Assembly (NCBI GenBank): GCA_949519155.1
Contig: CATIQU010000001.1
Location: forward strand, 28,158 to 92,157
Source of the DNA: Polaribacter sp. SA4-10
GTDB lineage: Bacteria > Bacteroidota > Bacteroidia > Flavobacteriales > Flavobacteriaceae
Length of the DNA stretch: 64,000 nt
Direction of reading: 5' to 3'
Below are positions 29,177 through 36,875 of this stretch, piece by piece (position 1 is the first letter of the stretch; the number at the start of each line of letters is the position of its first letter). The notes under the pieces were generated by a model that did not search any database, had not been told where the DNA came from, and saw only the letters and a program-made list of their open reading frames with translations. A program made the position numbers and the translations under genes.

Positions 29177-29253
29177 GAGCTATTTCCTGCTTTCCGCACT
29201 CGCTTTCCGCAAAAAAAAGCGGAAGAGCTCAGACAATTGCTACAATCAGGGCT
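29177..29253. repeat. REP-like nested palindromic intergenic element
   Basis: GAGCT...GCTTTCCGC ACTC GCTTTCCGC A8 GCGGAAG AGCTC...CTACAATCAGGGCT: direct repeat of GCTTTCCGC, an inner inverted repeat across A8, and an outer GAGCT/AGCTC pair. Lies between convergent genes. Confidence 0.5.
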
Positions 29254-29268
29254 AAACAGTTTTCTGTG

Positions 29269-30333
29269 TTATAGGAATTCGATGTGCGTTTTTGCATTCG
29301 TAGGTGTACACTTCACATAAATTAAAATAAGAAAAGCAGAAATAGTCAGGTAAAAAACGCCTACTAAATTTCCGTAAAAAGCACCAATTATCCAAGCTTG
29401 TAATCCATAAAAAACAGGAATCAATCCTAAGTGTAAAGTAAATCGAAACGTATCTATAAATTCAATTTCATCAATCTTTTTTAGCGCTATTTTCCAAATC
29501 AAAAAAGGAAGAATACTATTCAGTTTGATTAAATATAATAGAGGAATTAAGAAGTTCTTTTTTTTCTTTTTCCTTTTTGGAAAAACACCACTTTCAATTA
29601 TTTTGTTAATTTGGTCTACCTGTGTAAAATCGAATTGGGCATCATTCAGTTGTTGTAAAACAGCTTCATAATTCTCATCATCGGGAATATGCACACTTAG
29701 TTTTTTTAATTGCGCTGTAACGGCCGTTTTTAAAATGTTGATTGATTTTGCTGGTGTATTTGCTTCAAAAATTGCTCGTGTTGCAATTGGATGCCCATAA
29801 CGCACCACTACTTTTACAGGGAAGCTTGACGCATGCTGATAGGTAATGCCTACAGGAACTACTTGTATTTCCAATTCGGGGTGTTTCTCTAAAGCTCCAG
29901 AAACTATTCGAGTAAACCCTTTGCTTAAAGTGCGTACCGTTCTTTTTTTATCATGACTTCCTTCTGGGAAAATCATTAAAGTTTCTTCTTTATGTAAAAT
30001 CTTAAAACACCTTTCAAAAATTTCTTGATTATTGGCTAGTTGTTGTATTCCGTCTCGAATTCGATAAATGGGCATTAAATACAAAGATTCTAAAACCTTT
30101 TTAATAAATGGATTTTTAAAGGAGGCTGCTCTTACTAAAAAGTGATTTCGACGACGATTTGTTGTGGTCACATACAAAGGATCTACCAGTCCGTTTGGAT
30201 GATTTACAGCAAACAAAACAGCTCCTTTTTTTGGAACGTTTTTTCTACCGCTAACTATTATTTCTTTACTGTAAAAAAACAAACCCAATTGTATGGTGTT
30301 AGACACAAAAGCAAACAAAATTTTCTGAATCAT
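29269..30333 (-). CDS. lysophospholipid (PlsC-family) acyltransferase with C-terminal membrane region
   Basis: HX4D motif (VNHPNGLVDP) and FPEGSHD block. Hydrophobic C-terminal ~80 aa. Confidence 0.75.
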   Translation of the reverse strand: MIQKILFAFVSNTIQLGLFFYSKEIIVSGRKNVPKKGAVLFAVNHPNGLVDPLYVTTTNRRRNHFLVRAASFKNPFIKKVLESLYLMPIYRIRDGIQQLANNQEIFERCFKILHKEETLMIFPEGSHDKKRTVRTLSKGFTRIVSGALEKHPELEIQVVPVGITYQHASSFPVKVVVRYGHPIATRAIFEANTPAKSINILKTAVTAQLKKLSVHIPDDENYEAVLQQLNDAQFDFTQVDQINKIIESGVFPKRKKKKKNFLIPLLYLIKLNSILPFLIWKIALKKIDEIEFIDTFRFTLHLGLIPVFYGLQAWIIGAFYGNLVGVFYLTISAFLILIYVKCTPTNAKTHIEFL

Positions 30334-30372
30334 ATCTTATTTCTCATTTATAAAAAAAAAACATTATAAAAT

Positions 30373-31308
30373 TTATTGTTGTGATTTTCTGCCCCAATAG
30401 GTGGCTAAAAGAAGACCAGAAAACACATCCCAAATCCCCCAAAAAGCTGCCAATAAAGCCATTCCTCCCAAGCCATCAAAGAATCCAAAAATTAATAACA
30501 ATCCCAATCCTCCGTTTTGAATCCCCGTTTCCATAGCAATTGTTTTGGTATCTCTTTGGTTCAGTCCAAAACTTTTAGCGGTATAATACCCTAGAATATA
30601 AGCGAAAATATTATGAAAAATAACCAACATTGCTACATGGTGAATGTGGTTGAAAAATACGTCTAAGTTTTGCGAAAAAGCAATAAAAATGAGTGCAATA
30701 AAAACCAACATTGAAAGGGGTTTTAGTACTTTTTCTATTTTTTCTGCCATTAGAGAATGGTAGTGTTTAATATGCATCCCAAAAAACAACGGAATTCCTA
30801 AAATAAGGGAAACTAACTTAAGGATATCTACAGAATTCAATTCGACTGTTTTTAAAATTTCATTTGTTGGTGGGTATAAGCTTCCCCAAAACTGCAGGTT
30901 AAAAGGCGTCATCACAATACAAATGAGTGTTGCAAAGGCGGTTAAACTTACTGACAATGCAGCGTTTCCGGCTGCCATTTTACTGAAAAAATTCGAAACA
31001 TTTCCCCCAGGACAAGCCGCAATTAGCATCATTCCGAGTGCAAAACTTGGGTGTGGCTCTAGCATTAAAATAGCTAAAAAAGTAACTGCGGGTAATAATA
31101 TAAATTGTGATACAACGCCAACGAAAACAATTTTTGGGCTTTTCAGCAAACGTTTAAAATCATCAATCGAAATCCCCAAAGCAACTCCAAACATAATGAT
31201 TGCAATGGCAATGTTTAAAACCCATAAACCTTGGGTATCAAAATTTATTTTTATGGCATCAATGTTTATTTGTTCTTGCATTGTATTAATTTTTAAAAGC
31301 ATATTCAA
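30373..31308 (-). CDS. bile acid:Na+ symporter (BASS/SBF) family transporter
   Basis: Polytopic profile with a BASS-like GGNVSNFF segment. The start may be ATG 31281 (MQEQINID), which would remove the 23-nt overlap with the upstream gene. Confidence 0.75.
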   Translation of the reverse strand: MNMLLKINTMQEQINIDAIKINFDTQGLWVLNIAIAIIMFGVALGISIDDFKRLLKSPKIVFVGVVSQFILLPAVTFLAILMLEPHPSFALGMMLIAACPGGNVSNFFSKMAAGNAALSVSLTAFATLICIVMTPFNLQFWGSLYPPTNEILKTVELNSVDILKLVSLILGIPLFFGMHIKHYHSLMAEKIEKVLKPLSMLVFIALIFIAFSQNLDVFFNHIHHVAMLVIFHNIFAYILGYYTAKSFGLNQRDTKTIAMETGIQNGGLGLLLIFGFFDGLGGMALLAAFWGIWDVFSGLLLATYWGRKSQQ

Positions 31309-31927
31309 CGATGTTCGATCCCATTTTTAAAGCCTTCTCTCGAACTTCTTTTGGGTTGTTGTGTATGGCTGCATCCTCCCAACCATCACTTAAATCGGTT
31401 TCATAATCATAAAAAACGATCAATCTACCTTCGTAAAACAACCCAAATCCTTGCGCCTTTTTTTGGTCGTGTTCGTGAATTTTTGGAATTCCGTTTGGAA
31501 ATGTATAGGTCTGATTGTAAAGCTTATGATTTGAAGGGATTTCTACTAATTCTAATTCTGGAAATACTTTTTTGAGTGCTTTTCGAATGTAGACATCTAA
31601 GCCATAATTGTCGGAGATGTGTAAAAAACCTCCAGAAATTAAATAGGTTTTCAAGTTTTCTGCCTCTCTCTCTGAAAAGGTAACATTTCCATGACCGGTC
31701 ATAAATACCATTGGAAAGTTAAAAAGATCTTCACTGCCCACAGCGACTGTTTTTGGATTTTTAGAAATCGTGGTTTTAATGGTTGTATTGGTAAAGGCAA
31801 TTAAATTTGGAATTGCAGTTGGGTTTGCATACCAATCGCCACCGCCATTATATTTTAAAATAGCAACGTCTTGGGCATTTGCCGTTACACACAAACTACA
31901 ATAAAACAGGAATAATAAGGGCTTCAT
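31286..31927 (-). CDS. DUF4159 domain protein (secreted)
   Basis: Signal peptide, then VAILKYNGGGDWYANPTAIPNLI, the characteristic DUF4159 opening. Confidence 0.65.
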   Translation of the reverse strand: MKPLLFLFYCSLCVTANAQDVAILKYNGGGDWYANPTAIPNLIAFTNTTIKTTISKNPKTVAVGSEDLFNFPMVFMTGHGNVTFSEREAENLKTYLISGGFLHISDNYGLDVYIRKALKKVFPELELVEIPSNHKLYNQTYTFPNGIPKIHEHDQKKAQGFGLFYEGRLIVFYDYETDLSDGWEDAAIHNNPKEVREKALKMGSNIVEYAFKN

Positions 31928-31980
31928 AAATCGCTATTGATTATTAAAGAAGCAATATAGTAAATTCAGGTTTGAGTATG

Positions 31981-32005
31981 AAAAAACGCCCTTAGATTTT
32001 AAGGG
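31981..32005 (-). terminator. intrinsic terminator after the GNAT pseudogene
   Basis: CCCTTA GATTT TAAGGG, with a T6 run on the minus strand (A-run 31981-31986). Confidence 0.55.
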
Positions 32006-32052
32006 AGTTCTTGTGCTATTTTTTTTTCAGTTTATTTTACATTTAATTTTGA

Positions 32053-32564
32053 TTACTCTATTGTTTTATCTAAATTAAACTTGTCAATAAAAAAATAGAG
32101 CGTGCCTTCTTCAGTTTTTTGTTTCTTATAAACCTTAAATCCTGCTTTTTTGTAGAGTTTCAACACTGCTAGATTTGAAGTTTCTAATAGTATAGGAATG
32201 TTCTTTTTTTTAGCATATTCAAAGAGCATTGTGTTTATTTCGATTAATCCATCTAACTTTCTATATTCTTTTTCCTGCGCCATAAACCATACATATATAT
32301 AGTTGTCGATTTTAAGTCTGTTTTTTTTATTTTTTTTTCATTACCTAAAATGATAAAAAGTTTTCTCATTTTGATTCTGATAAGCACTTTAAAGTATCTT
32401 AGGTAATCCTGTTTGTTTCTTTGAAATTCTTTTTTTTCATAAAAAAGTACGATTGTTTTTTTGTTTTTCGAAATGTAAAAACCATTTAGGCTTAATGCTA
32501 TATGAAAACAATATTCAACCAATTTTTGAACGCTCTTATAATTTTTTTCCTTTTTGATGGTCAA
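32053..32564 (-). pseudogene. GNAT N-acetyltransferase interrupted by a frameshift at a T8/T9 homopolymer pair
   Basis: Track ORFs 32253..32564 and 32053..32283 are in different frames. Reading the downstream frame backwards gives KNRLKIDNYIYVWFMAQEKEYRKLDG...LETSNLAVLKLYKKAGFKV (GNAT core) until a TGA inside the runs at 32311-32318 and 32320-32328. The upstream frame reads LGNEKKIKKTDLK through the same runs. Confidence 0.7.
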
Positions 32565-32650
32565 ATAAAAAAGATATTCTTGGGTTTGTCAAAAACCTTT
32601 CGGTAATTAAGTTTATGTATTGTTTTTTCTCTTTGTTTGAGACTCTTTCT

Positions 32651-33139
32651 TTAAGTGTTTCCATTTTTCTTTAGTAGATTATAATGAGATTTATAAGCCT
32701 TAAAAAGGCTGTTTTGGTAAGTGTATGGTAATCCAAATTCAAGTATTGTTCTCTTTATGATTGGTGTAATTTCAGGATAATAAACATGCGCTATTGAGGG
32801 AAATAAATGATGTGTTATATGGTGATTAAAACCTCCTAGCAACCTGGTTGTTGTTTTGCTTTTGGTAGCGAAGTCTGATGTTGTTATTACTTGATGATGC
32901 GATCATGGGTAGGGCATCATGCCTTTTTTATTTCGCAATGGGAATATCGATTTTTCTGATACGTGAGAGGGGGTCAGTGCAATTGTTAAAAAGTAGCTTG
33001 CACATACATTCATCGCGACATTTGCGATTAGTACTTGACTTAGACTTAACGTGCTAATCCCAATTGGATTGCCGTAAAAAATTAAGAGATATCCAAACTT
33101 AAAAATAAAGAATTTCACATATTCTTTTTTAGGTTTTTA
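32651..33139 (-). pseudogene. relic of a membrane fatty-acid desaturase
   Basis: C-terminal piece keeps the third His box ([13 protein letters not shown]). The frame breaks near 32900 (..KKGMMPYP* against [14 protein letters not shown]..). In-frame TAA at 33137-33139 (..TTYF*KPKKEYVKFFIF..). His boxes 1 and 2 are absent and no ATG is found. The upstream limit is uncertain. Confidence 0.65.
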
Positions 33140-33275
33140 AAAATAGGTGGTTTGGATAATTCTGGACTCCTTTGGAATATTCTGGACAGTTTTAAAGGCG
33201 TTTTTTTGCTGTTGTATCCTTTTAGAAAGAATAGCAAGGATCCATTGTTCTAAGAATACCCAATACTAAGGGAGG

Positions 33276-33983
33276 TTATTCATTGATGAAAGAAACCAAG
33301 TTTACGGCAACCAATGCAGCCGTTTCTGTGCGAAGTCTGCTTTCTCCCAAAGAAACAGGAATCCATTTTTTTGCCAATGCTTTTTGTATTTCATCGGTAG
33401 AGAAATCACCTTCAGGACCAATTAGAAGGGTCACTTTCTCAGAAGGCGCTACCACTTTTTTAAGGAGGTTTTTGTCTTGGTCTTCACAATGGGCAATACA
33501 CCGTGTTCCGTCTATATCTTGCTGAATAAATTCACTGAATTTTACAGGTGCATTCAGTTTGGGGAGTGTAAATTTTAAAGATTGTTTCATTGCCGACTGA
33601 ATGATTTTTTCAAATCGATCGAGTTTTACAATTCTACGTTCAGAGTTTGCGCAAATAATAGGTGTAATCTCATCAATCCCTATCTCGGTTGCCTTTTCTA
33701 GAAACCATTCAATACGATCATTGTTTTTGGTGGGTGCAATGGCAATGTGGAGGTAGTAGTTCCAAGGTTTTTCTTTTTCGGTAACCGCAATAATGTCTGC
33801 CATGCATTTCTTATCGCTTGCAAAACTTATTATTGCATCAAACAAATACCCTTTTCCATTGGTGATTTTTAGCACATCATTTTCTTTCTTCCGCAAAACA
33901 CGCACAATGTGTTTGCTCTCAATCTTATCGAAAACAAGCTGTTTGGTGGCGGTAGAAATTTCTGAATTGTAAAAGAGTTGCAT
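33276..33983 (-). CDS. rsmE: 16S rRNA (uracil1498-N3)-methyltransferase
   Basis: MQLFY opening, HIVRVLR, and the C-terminal GPEGDFS...SLG..LR.ET SPOUT-knot motifs. Start moved to ATG 33983. Confidence 0.8.
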   Translation of the reverse strand: MQLFYNSEISTATKQLVFDKIESKHIVRVLRKKENDVLKITNGKGYLFDAIISFASDKKCMADIIAVTEKEKPWNYYLHIAIAPTKNNDRIEWFLEKATEIGIDEITPIICANSERRIVKLDRFEKIIQSAMKQSLKFTLPKLNAPVKFSEFIQQDIDGTRCIAHCEDQDKNLLKKVVAPSEKVTLLIGPEGDFSTDEIQKALAKKWIPVSLGESRLRTETAALVAVNLVSFINE

Positions 33984-34168
33984 GGGGTAAAGGTGTTTCA
34001 ATGTTTAAAATCGTTTCTAAGTGTTAAAGTTAAGATCTTCTTACAGATATTAGATTTTTTATTTAAATTAGTTTTCGATACAACACGAGCAGCCATTGTA
34101 TTGTTTTTTAGAGTTGTTCTCAACTGAGCTTTCCGAAACCTTTTTAATTTCCATATTAAAGCCTAAGC

Positions 34169-35287
34169 CTAAAGCATTTTTTTATACGTACTTCGTCTTT
34201 TGTGCGTAATAGGGTCAAAGTTTTTCCATATTTTCCGAATGGCTTCGTTGTCGGCTAATTCTGGAGTTCGGATGCAATTTACAATTCCTTTTTTCGAGAA
34301 AACTTTGGCGTATTGATCAAAGAGAATCGCATGCACGCCTTTGTTTTGGTAGGCAGGATCTACACCAATCAAATAAAAAGTAACATCTTTACCGTGTTTT
34401 CTTCCACGCAATAAGTGAAATAAACCAAAGGGAAACAGTCTTCCTTTTGCTTTTTGAAATGCGCTCGAAAAGGAGGGCATGACAATGGCAAAAGCAACGA
34501 GTTTATGGTTAATGTTCACCACAAATTGTATGTATTCTGGATTGATAAAACGAATGTATTTCTTCTTGAAAAAAGCGATTTGTGCTTTTGAAATGGGCAC
34601 AAACGTAGATAGTTTTCCATAGGACTTCTCCAAGACCTCAAACATTTCATCTACGTAGGGGAGGAGGTCTTTTGTTTTTGTGAAATTCAATGCTTTTAGT
34701 TGAAAACGTCTCTTTAAAAGAGTGCTCATTCTGTTGAAATACACCCCATCAACATTTTTAAATTGGAATTTATTCTCCAAATATTCTTTCTCTTTTACAA
34801 AGCCCAATTGTTCTAAATGCTCTTTATAATACGGATGGTTGTACCAAGTAATACTTGTACCAAGATGATTAAAACCTTCCACTAAAACACCTGTTTTGTC
34901 TAAGTTATTAAAACCTACAGGACCTTCTAGGTATTCTAAATGATGCTCGCTCCCAATTTTTTGCACTTGCTGTAAGAGTGCTTTTGAAACTTCAAGATCA
35001 TCAATGACATCAAACCAACCAAAACGCATTTTCTTTATCTGTTGTTTTTCAACCTCTAGACAATTGATGATGGCTGCAATTCTCCCAACAATTTTGCCGT
35101 TTTTAATAGCAATAAAAAATTGAGCTTCTGCATTTTCGAAAACAGGATTCTTTGAAGGGTCAAAACTGGCAATTTCATCTTTTACAATAGGCGGAACCCA
35201 ATAGGAGTTGTCTTTGTAAAGTGAAAAAGGAAATAAGACAAATTGTTTCATTTCCTTTTTAGAAGTAACTTTTTGAAGCGTTATCAT
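34169..35287 (-). CDS. large (372 aa) GNAT-like acyltransferase-family protein, function unknown
   Basis: Pattern FPFSLYKDNSYWVPPIVKDE...KNGKIVGRIAAIIN...RFGWFDVIDD...GVDPAYQNKGVHAILF resembles a conserved Bacteroidota GNAT family (recalled, not searched). Confidence 0.6.
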   Translation of the reverse strand: MITLQKVTSKKEMKQFVLFPFSLYKDNSYWVPPIVKDEIASFDPSKNPVFENAEAQFFIAIKNGKIVGRIAAIINCLEVEKQQIKKMRFGWFDVIDDLEVSKALLQQVQKIGSEHHLEYLEGPVGFNNLDKTGVLVEGFNHLGTSITWYNHPYYKEHLEQLGFVKEKEYLENKFQFKNVDGVYFNRMSTLLKRRFQLKALNFTKTKDLLPYVDEMFEVLEKSYGKLSTFVPISKAQIAFFKKKYIRFINPEYIQFVVNINHKLVAFAIVMPSFSSAFQKAKGRLFPFGLFHLLRGRKHGKDVTFYLIGVDPAYQNKGVHAILFDQYAKVFSKKGIVNCIRTPELADNEAIRKIWKNFDPITHKRRSTYKKML

Positions 35288-35304
35288 TTTATGATATTTG
35301 ATGA

Positions 35305-36435
35305 CTAATTGCTATCTTTTTTAATTTTTTTCTCCAATTCTTTAATTTCCCTTTCAATTTTTTCCAGCTCCGTTTCTTTCTTCTTTTTAAAAAGTCCGAA
35401 AAAACCACGGCGTTTTTTCTTTTTCTTGGTTTTTACTTCCGTCCCTTTTTCTGACGCGTCTTTCTTTTTGAAAATACTAAAGATCCTTCCAAAGAAATTC
35501 TTTTTCTTTTTATTGAATTCATCTTCCGGACTTTCTTCAATAGGATTGCCATTGTCGTCTAATTCGATATAGGAATCTCGATGTCTGTTAATTCTATAGG
35601 AAACCCCCAAACTTGCATAGTACCCTTTCGAATTTCCTTCAAACATACCTCTTGCCGATGCGTTTACTTGTAGGTTGGTTGTTAATAAATAGGCAATACC
35701 GGTTCCAATGTTTGTGTCTTTACGTTCTTTTTTAAAGACGCCTTGGTTTTCAAAAAAGGTAGACCATCGGTCACTAAAACTATAGGTCGCTGTAATTATG
35801 TAGGAAAATTCAGCAGCATCGGTTCCCATTTTGTCATAATAGAAATTGGTAATCACATTAAAATCATTGCTTAAATCATTTTGCAGTAATACTCCCAATT
35901 TTGGGGATAAATTTGAGGCCTTGTGGAGATCTCCCAAGAAGTTTGTATTGAATCCAGCATATACTGCAACCGATGGGATCAGTCTTTTTTTATCAAAAGC
36001 AGTTCTTTTTTTCCAACTTCGTATTTCCTTGTTTTTGTCGGTAAATTCTTGTTGAAAAACTAAATATTTAGCACCAATCGTTGCGTTGCTTAACCCACTC
36101 GTGAACTCACTTGATGTAAAAACATTATTAAAAGCGACCTTGTCTCTTTGGTAACTTAATTGGGTGCTAAATTCTAACTTTTCAAGAAAAAAACTGGTTC
36201 TAAATAGCAAATCAATCCCCAAAGATTGTGGCTGAGAGAATGTTGGTTCGATACTCATGTCTCGATAAAAGAGATTGCTTTCAAACTGATAAATCCCGGT
36301 CCCTACACTGTAAGGGCTTTCTGAGAAACCAGGTTTATTAGAGTTGATTACATTAGTGTATTGCGCGTTTACTGCTAAGAAGCAAGAAGCAACAAAGAAG
36401 AATGTGAGACTGTATTTTAAGGTTGTTTTTTTCAA
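35305..36435 (-). CDS. outer-membrane beta-barrel protein with ~90-aa polycationic C-terminal tail
   Basis: Signal peptide (AVNAQ), alternating aromatic/polar beta-strand pattern to about residue 285. The tail then carries KKKKNFFGRIFSIFKKK and KKKKKRRGFFGLFKKKK repeats and a charged helix, ELEKIEREIKELEKKIKK. Confidence 0.6.
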   Translation of the reverse strand: MKKTTLKYSLTFFFVASCFLAVNAQYTNVINSNKPGFSESPYSVGTGIYQFESNLFYRDMSIEPTFSQPQSLGIDLLFRTSFFLEKLEFSTQLSYQRDKVAFNNVFTSSEFTSGLSNATIGAKYLVFQQEFTDKNKEIRSWKKRTAFDKKRLIPSVAVYAGFNTNFLGDLHKASNLSPKLGVLLQNDLSNDFNVITNFYYDKMGTDAAEFSYIITATYSFSDRWSTFFENQGVFKKERKDTNIGTGIAYLLTTNLQVNASARGMFEGNSKGYYASLGVSYRINRHRDSYIELDDNGNPIEESPEDEFNKKKKNFFGRIFSIFKKKDASEKGTEVKTKKKKKRRGFFGLFKKKKETELEKIEREIKELEKKIKKDSN

Positions 36436-36619
36436 AATAAAAAAGTTTAAATTAGCTTACTTTTATTGCTATACAAACATACTCTAAAAATACCATTCTT
36501 TAAATTGAAGGGTTCCTTTTATAAGACTTGTAAATATTTGCAGTTTGTTAACGTTAGTATTGTATACAAATTGTTATTTTTGGGGTAAATTATTAATTTT
36601 TAAAGAGAATATTGAAGAG

Positions 36620-36874
36620 ATGGGTTTAATTAAAATGATTTTATATATCGTATTTTTTATGTACGCTTTTAAGTTTTTGGCAAAATTATTTGCACCTTTT
36701 TTAATTAAAAAAGTAGCCAATAAAATGCAAGAGAAAGCTGAAGCGCAATTTCGAAATCAACAACCCAAATCTACTGTAAAAGAAGGAGAAACCATTATTG
36801 ATAAAGCACCTACTAAAGATGTAAATGGTAAAAAGACAGTGGGAGAATATGTGGATTTTGAAGAATTAGATTGA
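36620..36874 (+). CDS. DUF4834-like small membrane protein
   Basis: MGLIKMILYIVFFMYAFKFLAKLF...GEYVDFEELD: one TM helix plus an acidic C-end. The track start 36545 is TTG and adds an implausible extension. Confidence 0.6.
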   Translation: MGLIKMILYIVFFMYAFKFLAKLFAPFLIKKVANKMQEKAEAQFRNQQPKSTVKEGETIIDKAPTKDVNGKKTVGEYVDFEELD

Positions 36875-36875
36875 T

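Noticed and set aside
30923-31330. Antisense or alternate-frame ORFs nested in longer genes. Examples: 30923..31330, 15049..15381, 23542..23880, 26488..26886, 51764..52099, 18876..19148, 12749..13036.
   Set aside because: Each lies inside, or antisense to, an ORF with clear family motifs. The translations are low-complexity with no motifs, which is typical of shadow ORFs in AT-rich DNA.
33151-33187. 17-nt direct repeat TTTGGATAATTCTGGAC / TTTGGAATATTCTGGAC (20-bp period) as an operator for rsmE or the desaturase.
   Set aside because: It lies within the degraded 5' region of the desaturase relic. A local duplication in decaying sequence is the more economical reading, and there is no palindromic symmetry.
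34090-34140. tRNA-like string CTCAACTGAGCT (reverse complement AGCTCAGTTGAG, like a D-arm) in the rsmE upstream spacer.
   Set aside because: I could not fold the acceptor, anticodon or T arms around it. Only a 5-bp hairpin (AGTTG TTCT CAACT) is present.
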